Part shown: piece after piece, positions 55,852 through 64,000 of the stretch
How positions within the stretch are numbered: the stretch's first letter is position 1
How the letters are laid out: the number at the start of each line of letters is the position of its first letter
From: Schizochytrium sp. TIO01
Lineage: Eukaryota; Protista; Bigyra: Labyrinthulomycetes
NCBI GenBank assembly: GCA_004764695.1
Contig: SMSO01000031.1
Span: 8,848,761 to 8,912,760 of the forward strand
Direction: 5' to 3'
DNA: 64,000 nucleotides
Notes under the pieces: model-generated
Databases searched by the model: none
What the model saw: only the letters and a program-made list of their open reading frames with translations
What the model was told of the DNA's origin: nothing
Made by a program: the position numbers and the translations under genes

Positions 55852-57303
55852 TTAAGAAATCAAGCAGCAGCCACCACTCTCTGGCGCGGTTTGACGACGT
55901 GTTGAATCACCACCAAATCCGATAGTACTTGCCAAAAGGCGAGTACTTGGACGCGCGATCTCTGCTTCCGAAACACCAAGCACGTCCGCCATACTTGCAA
56001 CCGAATAGAGATTCGCTTGGTCCGTGTATCCATCACTGTAAAGGTAGGCAAAGGCGCCGTGTTTCCAAACCTTGGGATCGCCTGAGCCAAGGTCTTCGCC
56101 AGGATTTACCCAACAGAACTTGCGGGCCCCAGCCCTAAGAAGGGGGGCAGCAGTAACGTCTACAAAACGATCAGCTGACAATAACGTCTCGCACATAGTT
56201 TCGTTCAACTCATGCGGGCCGTTAAAGCAGAGGAAAGGATCACTAGTTGCATTAGAGATGAAGCAGTTCGCTGCGACGAGATTTTTTGAAGAGTCAAAGT
56301 AAAGATATCCACCATGCACAAGGAAGAGCTCTAAGAACTGTCTTCCACTTGACTGGTTCTTGGGCGGCAACGCACCCGGAAGCGGCTCCGCAAACGAAAA
56401 GTATCGGGCATCTGCCGGTGCCTTGAGCATTTGTGCCGTGAATGCGTCAACGGTGACTGGCACAATCGGATCAATCTTTACCTGAATGCCGTTTGGTGTT
56501 TCTTGAAGCCGAAGATTGTCGGCCAAACTTGCTAGATCCGACTTATCAAGAGTGATCGACATCGTAGAGAAATCGTCAGAAAACTCGACAGTATCATTCG
56601 TGAGAAGGTGAACTCTGCGAACACCAAGAACGCCTAGAAAATCAGGACCAGTTGATTCCCAAGGATCAGGTGTTGCATCAATGGCACTGCGTGTTTCCTG
56701 AAGGTACTCCCGCACAGAGGGCCCGAGCCGATCTGAGCTGAACGCAGACTGGCCAATAGTATTAGAAAGAGTCCAATATAGCTCAGCAGCTTCGTCAGCT
56801 CTATCAGCGTCAACGGCAGCATCAAGCTTTTTCACGAGCTCATCGACCTTCTTGTCGAGGCGAGTTTGGGAACCCTGGCCAACTATACGCTTCACCTCCA
56901 GTTTGATTGCTTTAAGGTCAATAGAATCTCCAAGCTTGTCTTCATATTCATCGATATCCGAATCAAGGGTAGCCTTGTACTCATTAAACCTCTTGGTGAA
57001 CCTTGAAAGAAACTTAAACCGGAGAAGTGGGGCTGAGTTTTTGAATTCGCGAATGACCTCGGAAGCCTCATACATATGCCAATTTACCTGGTCGTTGAAC
57101 TGAGTAAGCTCCTCGGTGTTTGCGGCTACCTCGAGTATGCGTTGCAATACCAAAACGTTGAACTCAAGGTCCACGCACTGGTAATTGGGATCTGACACTG
57201 CTTTAAGCTGACGAATCGCCAGATCGGCAACATTGATTGCAATCTCTTGTGCAACACCGCTCAAGATGGCATTGCCAATTTCCAGAGCAATGACAGATGC
57301 CAT
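55852..57303 (-). CDS. Protein with MLKL-like N-terminal four-helix bundle, an unknown duplicated C-terminal domain and a CaaX tail
   Basis: 483-aa intact ORF with ATG. The N-terminal QCVDLEFNVLVLQRILE...LTQFNDQVNWHMYEASEVIREFKNSAPLLRF follows the MLKL NTD pattern. Ends GGCCLIS*. Confidence 0.75.
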   Translation of the reverse strand: MASVIALEIGNAILSGVAQEIAINVADLAIRQLKAVSDPNYQCVDLEFNVLVLQRILEVAANTEELTQFNDQVNWHMYEASEVIREFKNSAPLLRFKFLSRFTKRFNEYKATLDSDIDEYEDKLGDSIDLKAIKLEVKRIVGQGSQTRLDKKVDELVKKLDAAVDADRADEAAELYWTLSNTIGQSAFSSDRLGPSVREYLQETRSAIDATPDPWESTGPDFLGVLGVRRVHLLTNDTVEFSDDFSTMSITLDKSDLASLADNLRLQETPNGIQVKIDPIVPVTVDAFTAQMLKAPADARYFSFAEPLPGALPPKNQSSGRQFLELFLVHGGYLYFDSSKNLVAANCFISNATSDPFLCFNGPHELNETMCETLLSADRFVDVTAAPLLRAGARKFCWVNPGEDLGSGDPKVWKHGAFAYLYSDGYTDQANLYSVASMADVLGVSEAEIARPSTRLLASTIGFGGDSTRRQTAPESGGCCLIS

Positions 57304-59516
57304 CGTGGGCGTACCTGGTCAGCAATCTTACTGTACCACTAAAAAATATGCTTGTAGTGGGCCTTTTTCGCGGGCCGCAATCTACAAGATGAATCAGCTG
57401 GAGGACTAGTGTTGAGTAAACCTCAACCTCAACGTTGCTTATGCCCTGATCAAATAGAACTCTTGCAGTAGATGTCAGCCTCGGTAGCTACGTAGGCCCT
57501 GCGAGATTGGAGTTTGCGCTCCCAATGCTCGAGCTTTGCTTCCTCTCTTAGTTTTGCCTTTGAGACACCCATGCAGCGCGTGCCACTGCTCACCTTAATG
57601 CTACTTCTAATGTGATAGTAGTATTTATGGAGGTGTGCATTATTTAAGGTGTCGTATGAAGATGCCACAGAACTACACGTTTTGTCCATTTCGAGTCTTA
57701 ATGCCTATTATGTAGAATTTAGGTACCCACTTTAAAGTCAAAGGCAATGCCTTCAAGGGGGCGCAGCTTCGTGTAAGGGATGTAGCGCTGTTCAACCATC
57801 TCAGAATGTTGTTTCGTGCACTCTCCAATAGTTGCAGCTCTTTGGATTTACTTGTGCACCAAAGTGGTAGAATTAATTGGGTACCTCAACTGTGTGCCAT
57901 TGCCATTCAAGTTGCACATAGATGGATCCCTACCTTGAAGTGTGAAATGGCAGTGAGCCAGCTTCGGCCATTACAGAAGAGAGGCACTGGTTGATTTTCA
58001 TGACTAGAGGTTCACAAACTTCGCAATTAGGATGCAATATCACGATAATTCTTGTTGAGTGTTGAGGCTCGGAATTATTTCTTTGCAATCGAGCTAGCCC
58101 AATCTTTGAGGTGTCCCTGGAATGTGTTGCGCAACGCAAGAGCGTGCAAACCATCTTTCTTACTGAATATTCTGGCCATTTTGCTAGTAAAGAATCTTTA
58201 AGTAACAAGTTATCAAGTACTCTAGAAAAGGCAACGATTATTGTATTCTTGTTCTGTTTGAGTTTTTTATTCAAGTTAAAAGATTCTATCTGGAAGTGGA
58301 GGAAAGGAAATATTTCGTTTTGTAAATTTTTTCAACTGTTTAAAAAAATTGTTTTAAAAATAACTTTAGATCTCATGTTTTGGCCAAGCTTCAGGAATCG
58401 ACTTCAACTTCTATATGAAAAAACAAAAGAAAGCAATGACGCATTGCTTCACTTAAATCGTCTATATTTTTCATTCAAGTGTGTCGAAAGTTGGTGTCAT
58501 ACTTCTATCTTTTGCAAATTGGTAGGTAAATAATGTCCTCAACAACTAGATCTAGTACAATTAGACCTACACCTGGCAACCAAAACAAGCGATTAAAACT
58601 GCCGCAAAATTGATCAGAGTAATTACAGCGGCGGGCATGGATTCGTTATGATAATGCGTTCTGCATCGTAGCAATTGCGTAGTAACATTTCAAAAAGATG
58701 AAAATAACAATCACGATGCATATAATCTCGAGAACTACGTATTCCATGTAAAACGCCTTGTTTATGTTTAAAGAACCAAATGTTTTATGTTGAAGTAGTA
58801 TAATTAGTAGATTAGTCATTTCCAAACCAGCAGATCGATTCTCTTCAAATCACAGCTCAAGTTGGAACCGCAACCTCATATGTGTAGTCTAGCTAGTAGT
58901 TCAGAATACTTTCCTACTCTCACTACTAAGAGGCAGCTCCTTAAACTCCTTTCACTCAACTAATTTTAATAACCCACTGTGCTCTTAAGGCAGCAGCCCA
59001 GAAACCGTGGTTTGTTCCAATTAGCCTCGCGATGCCCTAGGTGGGCTACCCTTTTGGGAAACAGAGATACGCTTTTCTCAAGTCGTACACAAATTATAAC
59101 TTTTTATTTGTACCTCGAAAAAAGAAAGGAAATGACTATTTATTTCTGTATATATAGAGATCCTCTTATCATTGTCCCATAAATAACTCTGCATCCTGAA
59201 GAAAGTCTTCTGAAAATATATCTTGTTTCGACGGTCGAATTGCGCAGGTGATAGAACAACACCTTCAATTTAATTAGGTAAATCACCTTTTATTTTATTT
59301 TCATAATTTTATATGTAAAGAGACTTTTGAAATAAAAGAGGAGTGAAGAACCAAGTCAATACTCGGAAGGCTCTACCCAGTTGCATTGAGGACTTTGAGC
59401 ATTGAAAAGAGTAAATTTAATTATGCTTACAGCGATAGAGGAATGTAGATTTATTCTTTCTCTCTTTTTCCCGTCACAGTAGCCCTGCAAAACCAAAACA
59501 CCTTACCCAACTCAAG

Positions 59517-60632
59517 ATGAGTTCTTCGTCCAGCAGTCCTCCTCCACTCACTCAAGAAGCTATCAGCAGAATGCCTGCGGATGAGCTCATAGCTCTCGTT
59601 GATGATGACGAACGTATGGTAGAGGTTATTCAAGATAGATTCTTGAAGAAAAAGCTGCGTTCTCGCATTATGCAGCTTGGTGATGAAGAAAGCCTTCTTC
59701 CAGATGAAGATGAAGATGCAAACGACGCCTTTACCGATAAGTTGCTCCATAAAATTTTAAATTTCAAAGACACAGCAACTCACTTCGCTCAACATCCAGC
59801 AACGATCCTAACTACACGGGCAGGATCAACACTTAAAAGGATCCGTGAAGACGCAGAGAATGAAGACGATCTGGACTACGAAGACTCAAACGATGGTGGA
59901 ACAAAACGAGTCGCCGAGAGCCAGGCTTCTGCCGAAGGTTCTGCACAAGGCGAGACGCCGAGGGGTCGAAAAAAACCGTCATCACAAGAGACGAAAGCGG
60001 CTGACACACAGAGAAATTCTACTGTTTTGACTAGCTTTCGATTGGGCCCTAATTTGAAGACCCCCAACATGCGAACCATTATGGGGGGTGAAGCTGTGGG
60101 TTATCCAGACATCATGATCAACGGCGTCTCTAGTTTCGTCAAGACGACTTACGCACTGCAAGATTCTGCATATACACTTGAGCATGAGGGTAAAATGTAC
60201 GCATCTCTGCACACGCTGCAGGGTGACGTATTGCCTCGGGTAACAGCTTGCGGTCGCGATGTTATACTAAACCTGGTAATTTTTGCGACAGAGCAGTGTG
60301 GTCAATCACTGCGCTATCTAACAAAGAAGGAAATACGACAGTATGGTGGACTCAAGGAACTGTACTGGAAGGCTGCTTTGGCTCTTGAAAAGATCCACTC
60401 AGCTGGCTTCATTCATGGAGATGTATCATGGCACAATATCGTTGTGGATGATGCCAGCAACGTAAGATTTATCGACCTGAAGCACAGTAAAAAGTCTCGC
60501 AGTGAGACCCTCCGCCAAGAAGACTTCGACCTGCTTGCGGACGCATTTGACATTGATCCTGCAAGCGATTTTCGGACTTTGTCAAGGACCAAAATTACAG
60601 AGGCGCATCTGGAGAGTAGCGAGATCGTCTAA
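59517..60632 (+). CDS. Atypical protein-kinase-like protein (Crinkler/fungal 'LQG..P' or Bud32/Kdo-like fold)
   Basis: FVK (beta3 Lys), LEHEGKMYASLHTLQGDVLPR, IHSAGFIHGDVSWHNIV and FIDL. Acidic, low-complexity N-terminal half. Confidence 0.78.
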   Translation: MSSSSSSPPPLTQEAISRMPADELIALVDDDERMVEVIQDRFLKKKLRSRIMQLGDEESLLPDEDEDANDAFTDKLLHKILNFKDTATHFAQHPATILTTRAGSTLKRIREDAENEDDLDYEDSNDGGTKRVAESQASAEGSAQGETPRGRKKPSSQETKAADTQRNSTVLTSFRLGPNLKTPNMRTIMGGEAVGYPDIMINGVSSFVKTTYALQDSAYTLEHEGKMYASLHTLQGDVLPRVTACGRDVILNLVIFATEQCGQSLRYLTKKEIRQYGGLKELYWKAALALEKIHSAGFIHGDVSWHNIVVDDASNVRFIDLKHSKKSRSETLRQEDFDLLADAFDIDPASDFRTLSRTKITEAHLESSEIV

Positions 60633-63600
60633 GCGGTCAGCAAACAATCTTGATAACAAGTCTTTACAAGGTAGTAGCTTATATCCTCCTTTAGTTTTGA
60701 AACTAAATTAACGCACTTCTAGTTTCTTATTTTGATCTTATTTACACACAATAGCTTCAGATTTGTTTATGCCAAAATAAAATGTGTAGTTCGCTTTTGT
60801 TCATCTCTTTACAAAAAGTAAAAGTTCTTAGTTCCTTTCCATCGGCAGTTGTATTTGAAATGTCACCTACACTGGCAGTAAACCGTCTTTCAAAAGTTTC
60901 CAGATGTATTATTTAGCAACAATTTAGAATTGAAGAAGTGCGAATCAATAAACAAAGGTGCTACTATTTATTGGGAACTTTCAGATGAAACAAATTATTG
61001 GCAGCTTTCTGTTGCCAGTGAAGTAAAACATTCTAGCAATTGGAGGGAGCCCAATCTGTGATTCAATCAACTCTGTGCAATGAATAATCATTTTGGTTCA
61101 TGCCTGGCAGCTGCTGTCTCTGTATTACATAAGCCGCACGCTAAGGCACTAGTCTTGAGAGCTAAATACTTCGTATTCGATCGACATACTAATGCAGGAT
61201 ATCTCAGAATTAATGCGATATCTTACTTGGACTCTACTATTTAGTTTACTTTCCATCGAATGCGGGTGAGCTCTAACTCGCCGGGCCTCAGTTCGCAGTA
61301 TATGGCACGGGAGAATTCTAAGTGCAATTATAGACGTCAGCACGAACTTCCAATTCTTAGAGACAGAAACACCCTAGATTTCATACTTTTGCCTAGGAAC
61401 TCTGAATGCAAAGCACAAATACACAGGTATCCTTACTTCAGTTTTTAGCCTCAAATTTGAGACCAATACTCGGAATCCGCTAAATATGCTCCATCTATGC
61501 ACTGAACTATAGTACAGAATATTATAGAGTTCAATAAATAGGTCTTTAGTTAGGCCTGTTTGTGCAATCCCCATCCATTATAGAACTCTCATATTTGATT
61601 CCCATTGCATCACTTAGATTCGAAAAGAAGGGGAAGCGCAAGGTATAAACCTCAAGGTTTTGGCGATTCTTTAAGTCACACGACAAACACATAAGCCTAC
61701 CCTATCTGACAGAAGCATAGTTGTGGAATACGCTCAACCATGAAAAAGATTTCCATCTAAGTGAGGAAGGAGGGGAAACTAAAAACTACAACTACAAGGT
61801 CCATCATCTTCTCAGCCCATCGATTTTCAATTCAGAATAGAAACTCAACATGACAAAACCCTAAAGATCATATTTTGGGTTTGCACATATAAATCCTAGA
61901 AAACCAGAGAGTTGTTACGAAGTAACTGCGTCTCAGCTCTTGATGTTTTGATAAGTCTATGCGACATTTGTAGAGGATTATGCTTATCGATGGCTATGAC
62001 AGAGTCAAACAGTCACCAACAAAATGGGAAACCATAAATTTAATAGAATGCTACAGTACATAGAAGGTGAAAAGGTACCGACGCGTGGTCAGTTTGGAGA
62101 ATTATAGCACGAGCCCAAAGGCGGGATTCACGCTACGTACAGAAGCACAAATTGCTTATCAAGTGGATATTTGATTAAGCATTGGAGCCAGATGATTTTC
62201 TTGAATGTGATTGAAATGCTTACTTTGAACTCGTGGATATGTGGCGGGCGCGTCATGAGAATTTCAAGGCTAGAAAACTCTGCTGGTCTGGTATGGGTTA
62301 TTTCCAGATGAGGTCTGATCATCATAATTGACTCAAAACTTATTCACCTTGCAATGACTTTAATCTAACATGGCGAACGCTTGATTCAAAGGCAAAATTT
62401 AGAAGAAGAAGAGCGAGCCCAAACACAATCCGCTTTCGAACATCTAGGTATGGTCGTTACGCCCACATATATGTCGCAAGAGGGTGAATGAATTCTAGGA
62501 ATACAGAAGGCAAGGTACTTTGAAGAAGCAACGTATGCCTGTATATGGCATTTAAAAGTTGAACAACCGAAATATGCGGCGTAGATACGGCATTTGTACA
62601 CGTTTACCTTTTGAAAGGTGTGCCCTTTGTATGGGGACTGTTCACACACCGACAAATTCTAGGTGTTGGGATCTATTTCATAATCAGAACCAAGTTGTCA
62701 AATGTGCCAGGCCCCTCTGTAATACGTGCTGAAGTATCGTTCGCTACCTGAACCTCTAACAACAATAGGGTTTCGTTTAGCTAAGGAGAAATGATTTCCG
62801 GTAATATTGGGACCACCATAGAGCCAATCGACACAAACTCGTACTAGTCAAGTTAGAGGCCAAACTTGCAAAATAGAGGAAGGCTATTGAGGTAGCACCA
62901 TTCGCTAAAACTACCCGCAGGTTCAAAAGCCACGGGAAATTATGAGATGGTCTCACACACTCATTTCTCTATTGCTGACATTAGCCGGGATTCGACTCAG
63001 AGTCGAGAATGTGCTCAAGTTAAAACTGTCCACCCTTTGCTGTTGTACAATGCTACACAGTTTTGTCTCTGGATAACCTTGTTTAGGCCTGTGCTCAAGG
63101 GCTTTTAAATCTTTCAATTGTGCAGAGTTCTTTGCACATGAAATCGAGTTCTCCGCGGTCTCTTCGGAAGCCTAGTTGCGGCAAATTCTTTCAGGACTGA
63201 AGCGTCCACTCGCATTTGCCTATGCGGTCACTACCAGCCCACTCACTATTTCTGTCTTCAGTACTTGTCTCGGTGGCTTTGGGAGGTGCCGATCGTAATG
63301 GTTACTTGCACACTCTTACATGAAAAATTATGAGGTTCATAAATGATTTTGATTAATTTTTTATAGTTTAGCAGATTCGGCTCCTGCTACATGAAAAAGA
63401 CGCTGCCCGCAGCGAGCTGGAAACATCGAAGCGAAGACTGCCGATTATGAACAATAGGTACACATCAAGTGTTGAAGATAAATTCGCTTGGTACAGCGAC
63501 TTTAACTTGCAGATACCTTAAAGGTACTAGACTTCTTGTTTATCGCGTTATAATTAGGCACACCACCATCATGAAATAAATGGAAATAACAAATAAATCA

Positions 63601-63691
63601 AGTAGCCAGGACGAATTTCCAATTCTGCTTATTCGCAAACCCTGAACACGCTCCGCTGGCACTTGGAGCTGCTGCACCGTTGTTTTCCACC

Positions 63692-64000
63692 ATGAGTTCG
63701 TCCACCTCCTCGCGTGGGTCACTAGCGTGTGCCTTCCTTGCAGGTGGCCTCTCTTTCGTTCTTGCAGGCTACTCTCTTCGTCGCCTTTGGATGCGTCCTG
63801 CGTCCAACACCGCCCAGCCATGGGTCATTGGCGTTCTTGGCGGTCTAGGCCCGAAGGCGACATCCCTGTTCTACGATGAGAATCTCATCCGCGCTCGCGT
63901 CTCGCTCTTCTCCGCCATGCTGTCTCAACAGCACGCCTCTCTCGAGGCCATGTTCCAAGCCGTGGTGGCCATTTCCACTGCCCCGTGGACCCATGCTGAG
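63692..64000 (+). CDS. Aspartate/glutamate racemase family protein with an N-terminal hydrophobic anchor (5' part; runs off the window)
   Basis: ATG at 63692, open to the window end: MSSSTSSRGSLACAFLAGGLSFVLAGYSLRRLWMRPASNTAQPWVIGVLGGLGPKATSLFY... IGVLGGLGP.AT..FY matches the Asp-racemase N-terminal signature IGILGGMGP.AT..FY. Absent from the ORF track because there is no stop. Confidence 0.72.
   Translation, partial: MSSSTSSRGSLACAFLAGGLSFVLAGYSLRRLWMRPASNTAQPWVIGVLGGLGPKATSLFYDENLIRARVSLFSAMLSQQHASLEAMFQAVVAISTAPWTHAE

Noticed and set aside
62150-62700. Stop-interrupted coding-like text on the + strand
   Set aside because: No recognisable family; cannot be told from chance.
62985-63010. 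Short hairpin with a TTCGA word suggesting a tRNA T-arm
   Set aside because: No cloverleaf or acceptor stem. No tRNA or rRNA gene was recognised anywhere in the window.

Overview
Eukaryotic nuclear DNA, intron-poor and rich in microsatellites. The style suggests a stramenopile, probably a thraustochytrid such as Aurantiochytrium; this is an inference only. Recognisable genes: a partial gene with a C-terminal F-box-like motif, a PSMD5-like proteasome chaperone, three tandem membrane-anchored SGNH-hydrolase paralogs, a GGC1-type mitochondrial GTP/GDP carrier, a G-alpha subunit, a fused glutamine-dependent carbamoyl-phosphate synthetase, PIG-U, a 3-exon ARPC4, a possible NSL1/Mis14 kinetochore protein, an atypical kinase, and a partial Asp/Glu racemase at the right edge that the ORF track missed. 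The most striking item is a 483-aa protein with an MLKL-like four-helix-bundle N-terminus, an internally duplicated unknown domain and a CCaaX lipid-anchor tail, divergently paired with the atypical kinase. It is a candidate protist cell-death or immune module. Other notable items are a 522-bp near-perfect foldback beside a decayed Ulp1/MULE-like relic, several faint Crinkler-like relics, and two 8-11 kb gene-free regions upstream of GGC1 and CPS. All family calls come from motif recognition by eye; no searches were run.
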